From NCBI GenBank assembly GCA_051294375.1, contig CM119264.1:21733582-21797581 (forward strand): a DNA stretch of 64,000 nt, in the 5' to 3' direction. The notes under the pieces were generated by a model. That model worked only from the letters and a program-made list of their open reading frames with translations. It did not search any database and had not been told where the DNA came from. Of this stretch, positions 13,715 to 26,900 are shown piece after piece; position 1 is the stretch's first letter, and the number at the start of each line of letters is the position of its first letter. The DNA is from Paraspadella gotoi. Taxonomy: Eukaryota; Animalia; Chaetognatha. The position numbers were made by a program, and so were the translations under genes.

Positions 13715-14426
13715 CTCTTCCTCTCGTTCCAAATCCGACCCAAGCCTTTCACCTTCGCTCATCAAAATTCATGAAAGGGCGATTTGCAATCTTAGAAAAT
13801 GAATGGACCTTTCTACCCTTCTCTTTTCCTCTCTTTACTGATCTTTCTTTCCACCTCTCTATTCCTTCTCCTTTTTATTTTCTTCTCATCTCAAAATCAG
13901 TGGTTTTTTTTTACTCGAAGTGAAGTCGATTAACTCACATCGCGTGAAAGAGCGGATTGCGGATTGCGGAATTAAATTAAAATTGAAAAGGTTGTTTGTA
14001 AGATGACTGGAGTAATTATTTAATTGTTTAAATTAAACTTTAATAACACCGTATACTTTTTTAAACCGACTCTTTGTCTTCCTTTTTTGTTTTTCAGTTT
14101 TTGACATAATATTTCTCGTACAATTCGTTAAGTTTCAAGGTTGATGTTTTTTGTCCTATTGAACGATTCCAAGTTTTAAAATGTTAATTTAGCTCGTTAA
14201 TGTGTGATAAATTTAAAAATAGGTAAGTGGTTATTAGTATATAGTTTCAAAATTAGATCTTGAATAATTCATTGAATAAATATTGTTTAAATATTGAATA
14301 ATATTGAATAATGAATATCGTTCTCACATTGACTGTGCTTTCGAAGACCAATTTGCTACCAGAGTCTTCTTGCCGCAAAGTCGGCTTCGTCGTGAAAGTT
14401 GGCGCCAAATCTTCGCCGGGACCCAT
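987..14426 (-). CDS. Ig I-set muscle protein, twitchin/projectin N-terminal-like or DIM-1-like (4 Ig domains in window)
   Basis: Phase-consistent exons: 14328-14426 (MGPGEDLAPTFTTKPTLRQEDSGSKLVFESTVN, in-frame stop upstream), 13378-13481, 12091-12200 (EDAGLYRLTAQNSCGEISANINLNF), 6826-6850, 6293-6444, 5568-5720 (DAGRYRVTCKNNFGESNANIGLNFD), 2979-3136, 2375-2558 (two frameshifts), 1813-1937, 1380-1563, and tentatively 987-1012. The N-terminus closely parallels the projectin/twitchin start (M-G-x-x-ED-x-AP-x-F-x-x-KP-x-L-x-QED). The 3' end is uncertain: 998-1012 could instead be a 15-nt microexon with the gene continuing off the left edge. Confidence 0.88.
3890..4142. repeat. (CT)n/(AG)n microsatellites (representative)
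   Basis: Long CT/AG runs here and at ~6205-6290, 8690-8780, 9000-9070, 9278-9325, 12360-12402, 13652-13707, 16281-16413, 18376-18412, 21556-21625, 21710-21788, 23925-23990, 30479-30555 and 62716-62790. They explain the LSLSLS/ERERER ORFs. Confidence 0.97.
4946..5424. mobile_element. MITE family B (Tc1/mariner-type, TA target)
   Basis: Perfect 25-bp TIRs CTATCTAGGAAAAAAGTATATCACA ... TGTGATATACTTTTTTCCTAGATAG flanked by TA on both sides. A related copy lies at 53710-54148. Confidence 0.85.
5725..5895. repeat. Intronic minisatellite of ~12-15 bp TTGAG(A)GAGAAGG units
   Basis: Tandem GAAGGTTGAGGA-like units, bracketed by a perfect 33-bp duplication of the exon-6 acceptor region. Confidence 0.9.
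7830..8010 (+). repeat. Degenerate TTAGG/TTAGGG-like interstitial repeat
   Basis: Imperfect GGTTA(G/A) and GGATTAGG units. Similar short patches at 50530-50560, 56330-56375 and 58730-58780. Confidence 0.55.
10180..10195. promoter_or_regulatory. Two abutting full CRE palindromes (TGACGTCA TGACGTCA)
   Basis: Seen directly in an intron of the Ig muscle gene. Function is not demonstrated. Confidence 0.3.
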
Positions 14427-16283
14427 TTTGAATTCGTGATGACGATTTTGGCCCAAAGGTTTTTCACATTAACGACACGAAGAGTCTTCGACGTGATACC
14501 GTCGTTTCGTCGCCCTTTTCACCCTGTGACGCCGTCCCTAGTTCGTCCGCGCGAGGCTTACGTTATTGATTATTTTATTAAATCCAGGTTTGTTTGTTAG
14601 TAGAATAATTTCTATGTGAATATTACTTTTTCATTCGTCGTTATTCTTTGTTCTTTTCATTGCGGGCGAAAATAAAAAGTTTCGGTTTCGATGTTATTTT
14701 GTTTTTCGTTGGTTTGTTCGATGACGCCGCGTGTCGCCTCTTACTCGTAGTTTCTATCAAAAGAAACAAAAGTGCATAGATAAAAAGTTCTCCAAAGTAT
14801 ATAAACTATTGAAATTAAATAAAATATATTAAAAAATAGAAAAGTTTATCTCATTAAAGAAAAATTAAAGTTTCACTACTTATATCAGAGTTATTTCATG
14901 CCGATCGAAAACGTGTTTCTCACTGAAAACGCAGCCTTCGATGTTTCTAAATCCGCTAATTCGAGACTTCCAAATCTTGTAGTAGTAATCATTTATAGTT
15001 TGGAAAAGATCAAAAGATAGATTATCTCCATTTCTAAACCTTCGAAGCCAAAGATCGACGTTTTATCAAGCTCTTTTGCTTTTTTGCTTGACTTTCTCCA
15101 AGCATCACATTTAAAACGTCCGATTCGACTGACTCGTCGATAAAATGATCCTCCGGCTTCTGGAGGAGAAAACTACTTCCATAGCGTCAAATTTATAATA
15201 GCGATCGTAAATTGAAAAGAAATTATTGATAATGTTTAAATTTCCTAAAAAATAAACGCATTCTTGTGGAGGGAGCGTTTTGCTTTTGTCTGAGAGGGAA
15301 AGAGATAGAGACAGAGAAAGAGAGAAAAAGGAAGAGAGAGAGAGAGAGAGAATGATCGAATGAATGAAAACGATTTTCATGACGTAGTCGTACTTCAATA
15401 GTAGAATCCCAATTATCCTGATTTTTTCATGAGGAAATTCTAAGAAAGTTTTTTTTATTTTTTTTTTAAAGGAACTTTGCCAATGATTTTTTTTTCTGCC
15501 TAAAATTTATATATTTCGCATAAATGTTAGTTATGTATAGGTTATTGTAAAGATTATGTAAAATGGGAATTACAAAAAATAGTTTAAACAAGAAGGAACG
15601 ATTATTCCCAGGCGTAGTTCATTCACACCGATTTTCAGTTGGCCACGTGATTACAAACTTGTGAACAAGAGGCATCTTATGATGTAACATCAATATTATT
15701 ATTTAACTATGTATTTTACTTCTTCAACTAAAAAACCGACCAAAAAGTGACTCGTATAGAGTTTTTCCAGGCGCAGTCGCGGCGCAGCTCAGAAAAAGCC
15801 GGGCGCTCGGGGTTAAAACTCGAATGATGACTTTCGTTCCGCAGAAACTCAGACGACCGACGATGAACTTTTTGCCTTATTCGTTTTGTTCTTTACGATT
15901 TTTACTTTTTAACGAACGTAAACAAACAAACAAAAACGAGATTTTGACGAAAATAAATAAATCATTATGTTAAAGTCGCGTTGTCCGAGTCGGGGCGGAA
16001 AAAAAGGCGAAAAAGCGCCATTTGTTTTTGGGTTAATTTTAATAAAAAAAATTGTCCTTTTTCAAGTGGAATCAATTGATGAGAGATTTTCACTTTGTAA
16101 CTCCCCCACCGGAAAAAAAAAATTGATTCAGTCGGTTATTTTGTTCTCGATATTTGAGGAAGAAAAAATTAGAAGATCGCAGTTCCCTTCCAGAAGATTT
16201 CGATGTGAAAGCTTAGACTGACTGAATCCATTGTTTTTGAATTAAGCTCAAGCAAAGAATAAAGGTTTTTTACGACCCGTGAG

Positions 16284-16367
<84 letters not shown>

Positions 16368-17267
16368 GAGAGAGAGGAGAGTGAGGAGAGAGAGAGAGAT
16401 GAGAGAGAGAGAGAGCACTCTAACAGAAAAACGTCATTTGAAAAGTAGACAAATGTTTCCCTTCAGTTAGACTGTTCCGATTTCCAATCAAAGAATTTCG
16501 CATTCGAAAATTGTAATATAACGATTTCTGATTTATACAAGTCGCCGGATTCTTCAGTTTAGGCAGATTTCGATGGTCCAACTCATATTGTATTTTCGTT
16601 CACCGCGACGAGGGTGAGCAAAAGTTTATACGAATCGCGATCGAAAAATCACATTTTTTGAAAAGTTGAGTTTTCGAAGAAAATATTCTGAGGATTGAAG
16701 AAAAATCAGGAATGACGACGACGACGAAAGCGACGAGGGTCGAATTCACTCTGGGTCAGCGTGGTGATCATCGTTCGTAGGTGTCGGGGGGAAAAGTGGA
16801 AATGCTGGAGGATGAACGAATGATGTTTGGGAGGTGAAAACGTAATGAGAAAAATTATGGTACGAAGATACATTTAGAACTAAATGAAAGGGAAGAAAAA
16901 CTCCTAAAAAGTAGAAGTCAAGAGAAGAAAGAAAATGGAAACAGTGAAAGAAAGTTGCTACAACAATGAATCAGACAAGAGAAAGGAAAAAGTCAAGACG
17001 TTAAGCCGAAGTAAAGAACATCGCCAAACCATCAAAACCATAAAATTGTTTAAAACTTGAGACTTTTAAGTTGAAAATGATTTCTTTCAAATCCAAAACG
17101 CTTCATCTTGACGGAGAAAGAAATAAAATCTTAATCTTTTTCTCGGAAAAGAGAAAGTCACTCGCCGAAGACGAGAATCTCGAAGGCGGCGGAGAACGAG
17201 AGGAGATCAGACCAGATCCCATTACGAGTCGTTCGAAATCGCCCACGGAATCTCAAGAGCAGGGAAA

Positions 17268-17475
17268 TCGGCCAATCACGGACGGTATAATGTAGATTGT
17301 ACAATTAAGCTCGCCAATCACGAACTGTAGACTGTGGATTATGCATTGCAATCAAACTAGCCAATCACGGATTATTGACTGTAGATTACACAATCAAATC
17401 TACTATCGATAGTAGAAGAAAAAGGAACTAAGGATAGTCGGTTTGAGTTATAAAACCAAACTTGCCAATCACGGA
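17268..17475 (+). repeat. Degenerate ~45-bp tandem repeat with GCCAATCACG (CCAAT-box-containing) core
   Basis: GCCAATCACG occurs four times (~17271, 17313, 17360, 17464). The first three are followed by related TGTAGA(C/T)T..ACAAT segments. Confidence 0.7.
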
Positions 17476-18372
17476 AGTTTACAATACATTATATAAACTA
17501 TTATAAATTACTCTTATAGATTATAAAATTAAATTAGACAATATCGGTCGTCGATACCAATGCAAACCGGCTATCGTCCCGGTTCAACTCGGTCCACCGG
17601 TATTTCGACCTTTGAATGATCTCGCACGAGCGATTGCAGGGAATCAATGATAAGCGTTGCTTCCTTCTTGGGGCGAAACCCCCCCATGGGGTTTTAAACC
17701 CCCGCAGAAGTGATGGTCGACGAGCGGGGGCGGTTGGATCGGAGGGCATCGTAGAGGGGGTTGGAAGATGATTCCCTCTCACCCAAAGCCCCACCCCTTG
17801 GGGATCGCCTTTACGCCGGTGGTTATTTTTCTCCGGGGTTTTAAAGTCTTATCTTTCCGGATTTAAATACTGATTTGTTTAGGTAGGATTCTAGTAACTC
17901 TTTTTCCTTTGTTTTGAATTCGTTTTTCCTTTCGATTCTTTAGATCTGACGAGAGAAACGCGTCTGGCGAGGTTCACCCACGTTAAAGCCACGTTATGAT
18001 CTATGGAGTCGGGATCGCCGATCGCCGATTGAGACTCTTCCGACGCGACTCGAAATTTTGTTTACTTTTTCTTTAATAATTCCCTTTTCGACACGGCCCC
18101 GACTTATTTATTCGCGTAGCCATTTCTTTGTATGAAAAAAATACATGAATGAATGAATGAATTAATGAATGAATGAATGAATAAATAATATTCGAATTTG
18201 TCATCGACTACACAAGTGCTACTCATCAAGTATATCTTGTCCGTCATTCAATTTTTTTTTCTCCCAATCCTATGATCCCTCTTTCTCTCTCTCTCTGGCT
18301 CACTCTCCCTTCCCTCCTCGCGGCCAACTCTCGAAATCGCCGAATGCTTTCCAAACACAAATTCCATTTATC

Positions 18373-18416
<44 letters not shown>

Positions 18417-19186
18417 CCCGTCAATTTTTTTCTTACATTTGTCTGCGAAAATGAGGAAAGTTTTTCTTTCAAACTGTAAATTAATCCGCTTCACGTGAAG
18501 ATTCGTTTCAGTGTTTGCGTTAAAGAAAAAAAAAGTTGTTTGAAAGTGAAAAATTTTGAGCAGAAACGTCTGGACGACTTTTATACCGAATGTTAGGAAA
18601 AAGTAGCCGAGAAAATAATATGATCGTTTGAATTTAGCTTTTTTTAACTGTGTTGATCGACAAAATAAATAAATGGTTATCAGGACCGTTCATTTTTTTT
18701 TCTTTTTGTATTTGTTTATTATGGAACAGAGCAATAAATCATTTCGTGAACCAGAACTAAATTATTTCGCATTTCTGAGCCAACAATACGTATCTATCCA
18801 CAAGCTCTTCTTAACATACGAAACAAACTCTTCCTTCGATTATTTTTATCAATTTCTTATTTATTTTTCGATCGTTTATTTATGTTTTTAAATTCTTTTT
18901 TAATATTTTTTACCTGAGAATTTCTTCTCGTCAAATTTCGTGCACAATCGAGAATTTAAAAAAAATCTAAATACCATGGTAACCTGTCCTCCTTTCACAA
19001 CCTGTTAATTATTCCATGGCATAACATATTGTCTAATTTTTTACCAAACGCTATTTTTACTAAGAAAAAGCCACCAAAACAAGAATATCGATTTTGTATA
19101 AGTATTAGGGAAATTATTTGTGACTCGCGAACCTTTAACCATCTTAACCCCAATAAAGAGCCTGCCCCCCCCCCCACGATGCTTTA

Positions 19187-21557
19187 TCAAACGACAGGCA
19201 GGATGTCCATGTTCCAGGGTCTCCCTTCCGCGTCGACGGCGTTGAGGCTGCACTGAAGGTCGATCCCGTCGTCGCCGAGGAAGATGCCTTCCAGCTCATT
19301 GTCGGGGACGTCGAAGTAGCGACACTCTCCGCGACCGGAGGCTGAGTCCAGAGTCACGAACACCGTATCTGCGATTGGTGTGGGGGATATATTTTGATAG
19401 AGTGGGTGACAAACAACACTCGTTTTTAGCCGAATCTGCTTACAGCAGATTCCGGCTCTATAATTCACTTAGTCGGTCCGTCGGTCCGCCCCCCCCCCAA
19501 TCTTGTCGGACATTAACTTATATCATGTCAGAACATCGAATTATGATAAATTGTGCATTGTATTATTTTCTCTCTTTTCGTTGCTGAGCGGATATTGAGA
19601 AAGGTTTATTGTTTTGCCAATACAACGATTTTTATTATTATTATTATTATTATATATTATATTATTATATTATTATTATTAAACATGTCCTAATAATAAT
19701 AAAAATCGTTGTATTGGCAAAACAATCAACCTTTCTTGATTAATTATTTAAAAAAAAACGATGTCCGTCCGTCCGTCAGTCCGTCCGTCCCACCATAGCA
19801 AAAAACTCCAATTACTCGTGATTGGATGGATGGATTGGAATTTGAGGGTAGGGAAGTATGTGATAGAGCTGGATATGAAGTTTCGCTGTAATCGTCCGAG
19901 TGGACNNNNNNNNNNTTAATTATTTAAAAAAGAACGATGTCCGTCCGTCTGTCTGTCTGTCCGTCAGTCCGTCCGTCCCACCATAGCAAAAAACTCCAAT
20001 TACTCGTGATTGGATGGATGGATTGGAATTTGAGGGTAGGGAAGTATGTGATTGAGCTGGATATGAAGTTTCGCTGGAATCGTCCGAGTGGACCAGAGTT
20101 GAACTGCAAGAGTGACCTCGATAGCCTTACCCGTGCCGCAAAAGCCTTCGGCGATTACGAGGCCGTTGTCATTCAGATAGAGAAATTCTATGCAGCTGCG
20201 CGGGTGAGCGTATTGACCTGGATAAGGTTTCATCAAATTTAAATTCAATCAGTATACACAGGGGTTATACCCGCTCCAAAAACAGAGAAGGTCACCGACC
20301 CGCTGTTATCACGACGCCGTCCTTTTTGATGATGCTGCCAATGAGCGGAGGCGTGGCCGACTGTTTCCGGCAGTGGAGACCGGAGAAACCGGCGTAGCAT
20401 CTGCAACTGTACAGCATGTCTTGGAGATACGGCCTGGAAGATGCAGGACGGGAATAAAGCGTTAGTTCTGTATTTTTTTAAAGTTTTTTTTGTTGCTATT
20501 GTCCTTCCTGGTTGGATAGACTTGTCTGTAGCGATTGGGACGACAGATTCCGCCTGGGCTGCAGGGTTGCGGCGACAGACTGCACTCGGTAGGCATTCTG
20601 ATCTGAAAAGTTAATATGTCATGATTTAGGACTTAGGATTTAACTTGTGGATTTTGTTGTTGTTGTTGTTCTTTTGTTTTGTTTGTACCTCGCAAGCAGG
20701 AGTCTTCGCCATGTCGAGTATCTCGTCACGGCCGTTGCAGTAGCAATTGAGTTCCGTAACGGAAATCGGGTGGCAGGTGGCGCTACCTGCGATAAATTTT
20801 GTTAGCTTAATTATTACTTTTGCCCCGTTTAGGAATCGTACCGTCTTGTGGACAAAGCGAAGAATCCATACAGAGATTGACTTCGCATCTCCCAAGATTT
20901 TCGATCGGCACAGATGGATCTGAAACGAAAGTAAGGTTGTACTTGGGGTAAGGATTTCTTAGTCGGGTTTCCGCTACGAACATACCCTCGCAGGCGACCT
21001 GCACTTTTCCGGGTGAGTAAATAATGTATCCGTCGTTGCAAATCTTCCTGATCACCGTTCCGAACTCGATCTTCCAGGTTGACTCTTCCTGTTCTAATCC
21101 TACAACAAAAAATTGGTAAATAAGGTTGGTCATTTTCGAAAGTAAGAACATAACTAGGTAAAAACGCATTTCCTTTGCAACCAACGTAAAGAATTACTAC
21201 AACAACAAGTTATAGTAGAAAGTAGTATATTATAATCTCCGCCCTCCTTTATATCTCAGTTCTCACCGAAACTGGGATAAACGATCTCTCCATTTGTATC
21301 CCAGTTGGCGTTCCTCCAAGATTTAGGAAGTCTGCACCGCGCCACGACGCACTCCGCCTCTGAGTGAAAACCACACTCGCCTTGAAAAGAACATTCTCGA
21401 GACAACGACAACAACGACAACGACGGCCACCTTGGTGATTCTTCGGATTGTACATAATGATTCTTCCTTCGGGATCTTGATCGTGACCGCTGAGCCCGAT
21501 GTTGTAGCCGCATTTTAAGTTCAAGGATCTAAAAGAAACAGAAAAGAAAAAAAAAAG

Positions 21558-21628
<71 letters not shown>

Positions 21629-21705
21629 TTTTTTAGGCATTCATCATGAAATCTTTCCAATTTACAATTTATGCATGTATTTCCCTTTGTAAATAATCCC
21701 ATCCC

Positions 21706-21792
<87 letters not shown>

Positions 21793-23919
21793 AAGAGAAA
21801 GAGGAAGTTCTCACTCGTCGGTGATTGAAGGATCGTTCCAGGCGAATCCGACTCGACATTTGACTTTAATGTCGACGTGAGACTCGGGATTCGTCATCTT
21901 CACTTTGACGTTGAGGGATTCTTCGTAGCCTCCGTCGCTAGGACGAAGACCTGGAGGATCGGGAGAGTTGATCTGGGCGGAGTTTTGCTCTCTTTCTCTC
22001 TCCCTCTCCCTCTCTTTATATTTCCACGCCTACCGTCAAGCATGAGAACGTCTCCGTTGAGCGGCGCCTCACAAACGCCTCGTTCCATCTCCACCGACTG
22101 ACAAAGAGTCGTCGCTTTTAAAACGTCTGCAACGAAGACGTTAGATGTGAAATGAAATTTAAATGGGAGGAAAAATACAAAAAAGTACGTGCCCTTTCCA
22201 AGGACTTACCCTTCAAAGAGGACGTACACTTCCAAATCCTGGGTCCGATCAGCATTTTGGTCGACGACTGACATCGAAAGAATTCCTCGTACGAGTAAAG
22301 AATGGATGAGATGCCAGAAATAGTAAGAAGCGCTATATGCGACGACCGATAAAAGTTTGATATAATAACTACCTTACATTATTCATACAAACTCAATAAT
22401 CAACATAAATCTTCTCCCAATCCACACAAACCCTCATTCCGCGCGTCGGCTAGCCCGGTCACGTCGCATGGCTGTCCGCGAAGGCAATCGGGCAGCGGGG
22501 GTTCGGGCGGCTCGCGAATCCATTTGGGTACGACGGATCCGTCGGGGGTTATCACTGAAAATGACAAAATTACGACTAATAATAAATTGTAGTAATTTAT
22601 GTAAATTCTTATCTCAGACGTTAAGTTACCAGAGTCACATTTGATGCGCGCTGAGTTCTCGTCTATTCCGTTCTCGCTGAAGAAGTATCCTTCGCGACAT
22701 CGAACCTGTGATTGATTTGATTGATTTGATTAATTGATTTAATTGATTCAATTAATTTATTTAATTAATTGAATTAATTAATTTTATTTGATTTATTTAT
22801 TTATTGACTGATTATAGATAGATTGAATGAATAGCGAATTAAAGGATTTATCAGTTAAAACGGTGGTTTGATTGATTGATTTAATAAATTGAAAGATAAA
22901 GAGTACTGAAGAAATAACCGATTATTTGATTTTAAAAATCAGTCTTTTTTTTTCCCCCATTTTTTTTATTAATCGATCGTATCCAAACCTCGACAACGCG
23001 GCCCCGAGTGATCGGGACGTTGGCCGGCGGACGTTGATAGAGTTTGACTAGAACGAAGTCTGGGCGGAAGCAGGCGCCGGGGGTCAGCGCCGGATCCACC
23101 TGGTCGTTAGGCACGCAAAGCGCCGAGAATCCTGGAACAATATGTATGAGAGTGGAGAATCGTGTTTCTTTTTGTTTTTTGTTTTGTTTTGTTTTTTTAT
23201 TTTTAGTTTTATTTGGTTATTTCTTTTTAAACGTACAATTATTCAATAACAAGGAATCGTGGTTCTGACTTAGGAACTTTGGACATGCTAAAAGTATAGC
23301 TCTTACAAGATAATAACAAGCTTTCAATCGAAACTCGATCACAGATTCACAGTCTATATTTTATTAATTTTTAAAGTTCATGACGTAAGTATAAAAAGTC
23401 TCCAAAAATTTGATCCCTCTTTGCATGACCGATAAAGATTTCAAAACTTATTGCTCAATTAGTTTTTAAACCAAATCGGAAATGGTAATCCCGCATCGGC
23501 CGATAATTCCATAAAGACGTCCCTCCTCACCCGGATCGACCGCCAACGCCAAGACTCTTCCAGCGACGGATTCCGGCGCCGATACGACGTAGCGGCCGGA
23601 TTCGTCGCCCATCAACTGGCAGGCGATCGTCATCTCAAGGCGAAGGGCGGAAAGGCCGCGGGGGTGGTAGCCGTTCTTGCAGGCGACTGGGTAGCAGGGG
23701 GGTTGGGGAGGAGAGATTGAGGCGAGGAATGGTGGGCGAGGTGATTGGTGGTCAGTTGCAGAGGATTTACCCACTCTTTCCACGCGATCGACGACGTTGT
23801 CTTCGACGACGGGAAAGTTGTTGTTCTCCAAATTGTGGATCGACGAGATTTCCAGCGGATTAGAACATTGGACCTCGGATTTGGGAGAAAAAACAAGGGG
23901 TTGTAACGGAAGCGTCTCG

Positions 23920-23992
<73 letters not shown>

Positions 23993-26900
23993 ATTATTTA
24001 CCTTTACGGTGCAAAGCGACGTTGATACATTTTTCAAGTATCCTCTACCGCAAACACATTCTCCATTGGGGATGCTGTTCAAAAAAATGAAAAAAATTAT
24101 TTCATGTCATTAAAATAACCGATATCATATAATTTATTGTATAATCTTCTGTACTTGATCACCTGCAATAAGAGTTGGCATCCTTGGATTCACAAGTATC
24201 GTTTCCTTGACATTGCAGTCGACATCCTCCGTCAGGCTGCAGAAGATATCCACTGCAAAAAATAATTGAAATGGAATTAACTATTGACACGCAAAAAAGA
24301 ACAACAACAACGAGACTCGAGAGACTCACGCGGTGGGATCGCAAAGGGCGACTTCGCTTCGACATCTCGGAGGAAGGAATCCCTCGAGGATCCTCCACTC
24401 GCCGCTTTGGCGCCAGGCGCCCGGGACTCGGTCGCAGATCAACTCGGAGCACGACGCCGCGCGTGCCATCTCGAAATATGGGGTTGATGGGGAAATAATA
24501 AAAGATAATGAACGAGTTGGACGAGTTTGTCTGTTTATCATTGAGATTTATTGATTCGATATATAGAAAATTATTCATTTAATTGTTTAAATAAAGAACC
24601 ACAACTCGGCTCCATTTCAAAAATTATTTCACCTTCTTAAAGACGCACTTGGTGCCCCAAGGGCATCTCACGGTCGTCGGGTCGCAGTCTCGTCCGTCGA
24701 CTCGAACGCAGCCGAAGGTTTCGTCGACGCCGACGATGATGGAGTCGAGAGGTGGACATCCGCACTGAGGAAGGGAAATGGAGAAGAGAAGAGAAGAGAA
24801 GAGAAGAGAAGAGAAGAGAAGAGAAGAGAAGAGAAGAGAAGAGAAGAGAAGAGAAGAGAAGAGAAGAGAAGAATTAGAAATGGAAAGAATAAAATAGAAG
24901 AAAGAAAAATGAAATGAAAAGAGAAGTTAAGCTACTGGAAATGAACAACGAATCTCACCCGAGAGAAGATGCAGACGCTGGTGTAGTCGCCGTAACTTTT
25001 CCCGTTCGCCCAACAGTTGAAGAAAGTGTTCGGGGGACAGCGGAATATCGCGCCATCCACGATGGAAGCGAAATTGCTTTTAGAAATATAATAAATAAAA
25101 GTATTTAAGCAGTCTAAAAAACAACAACAACCACAACAACAACAACAAGTATGTGAATTGAAAGAAAGAAAGATTGATTGATTGATTGACTGAATTGTGT
25201 AAAATTGATAACCCACCAAACCTGCAGACGGCGAAACTCGACTCGTCAACTTCTCCGCCTCCAGTGGAAAAAGAAAGGTAAGTGAAGGAATTCAAGATTA
25301 GTTGTTCTTGGTGAGATTCGCAAAACCTTTTCCCTCGGCGATCAGCATAAACGGCATTTAAGACATAGAAGAGGGTAAACAAACAAAAGAGAAGCGATTG
25401 TTCGCATAGCAACATCTTTGTTGATTATGACGATGTGAGTTTTTGACGGAGAAATAAAAATCGAGTTTTCCTTTCCTTTTTTTTCGTGAAAAATATAGAA
25501 TTTTTTAGGTGGAAAATCGAGCGAAATATCTTTGGCAGAAACTATTTTCAATTTAAATTCCAATCCATGAAAAAAGGATGCAGAAAGAGAAAGAGATAGA
25601 GACAGACGGTTGCAACGACCTCTTCTATATTTGAAACTATACTACTAAATCTCAGATTCAATAAAATTATAACGGGACTTAGGCTCTATTTTGTATTTAT
25701 TTAGCTAATAATTTAAATAATATTTTGAACATTAAATTCTTCACTCGTGAGCGTAATCTTTCATTTTCCCGATCATAAGTTGATTTGCGAAAATCTTTGT
25801 CTTTGGAAGGATGTAGAACGGATATTGGCCTGAGGCAAAAATACATTTTCTACATCACACTTTTATTTAAATATAGATTTACACATAGATAAAAAATAGA
25901 ATTACTATTAGGAAAACAACGAATTTTTCGAATAACAACAACAATTCAATTGATTTTATTGTTTTTAAAATCTGACATATTTCGACTCATTAATTTCTGA
26001 TGCTGATGAAGACTCGAACTTTAATGAGTCGAAAAAACAAAAGAGAAAGATTTAACACAAAGAATAAAATTACCAAAATTCGAGAACTTCTGAGTGAGCA
26101 CTGCGTGTAAAGACTAACTTACCAACGAAACGTCCATTAATTCCGACGAATGAGAAAGTCGGCCTCTCTGCTTCCATTTTGTAGTCGTTCGGTGATTCCT
26201 TTAACTAAAAATAGCAATTAATATAAGTTTCAATTGGTTTTGTCAAATAAAAATGGATTTCTCTAACAACAGAAACAAACAAAATAACCTTTGGATTGAG
26301 CCAGATGTCTGCCTTTTGTTTTTCCAAATCCACGTCAATAACAACAACAACAGGTCTCGTGGCATCAAAATTGATGAAAAACATTTTCGTCATCAAACTA
26401 GTCTTGAGATGAATCATCTGTCAAAAAAAAAATAATAATAATAATTACATTAATTGTTCAGGAATGATGTTAAATGTTTTCTTGGATGAATAACAAGAAA
26501 AATTTTTTAAAAAATATTTTTACCAGAGCGAAAGAATTTTGAGAAAACTTGACAGAAAGGGCAAAGTTGTATCCATAGGTCGCTCCAGTCGCAGGGTCCT
26601 TATTAAGTAAAACGTTTAAATAAGGTATAATTTATTCTCGTTAAAAGGGAACATGATTAAAACAGTTCTCTCGCCTTGACGAGCGACTTCACCGGAAGAC
26701 CCGCTTGAATTCCATCCACGCGTTCGCCGTTGACGAGGATGAGACGCGATCCCTGGACCTCCGAACCATCACTCCAGTCTGGCAAACAAACGACAACAGA
26801 GATCAAACTAAAGGATCGTTCATGGACATTGGACATCGGGACACAGAGAAACCTAAACTACGACAACGACAACGACGATGACAATGACGACGACATCTCA

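Larger units (their letters stand above)
19423..20095 (+). mobile_element. Helentron/DINE-1-like non-autonomous element, copy 1
   Basis: Starts in a T run with the hairpin GCCGAATCTGCT..AGCAGATTCCGGC, followed by a (GTCC/GTCT)n microsatellite and a conserved body (AAAAACTCCAATTACTCGTGATTGGATGG) shared with copies at 41116 and 48290. Part is duplicated across the N gap at 19906-19915. Confidence 0.65.

Noticed and set aside
17268-17475. CRISPR-like repeat-spacer array
   Set aside because: Eukaryotic context, a 10-bp core only, related 'spacers' and no cas genes.
19741-20093. Tandem duplication within the Helentron-like element
   Set aside because: Near-identical copies flank a 10-N gap, typical of unmerged contig overlap.
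25344-25415. In-frame ATG with signal-peptide-like MLLCEQSLLFCLFTLFYVLNAVYA (internal start or second gene)
   Set aside because: The hydrophobicity is explained by the intron's T-rich pyrimidine tract, and the upstream exon splices in phase to the AAG acceptor just downstream. It cannot be fully excluded without 5'-end data.
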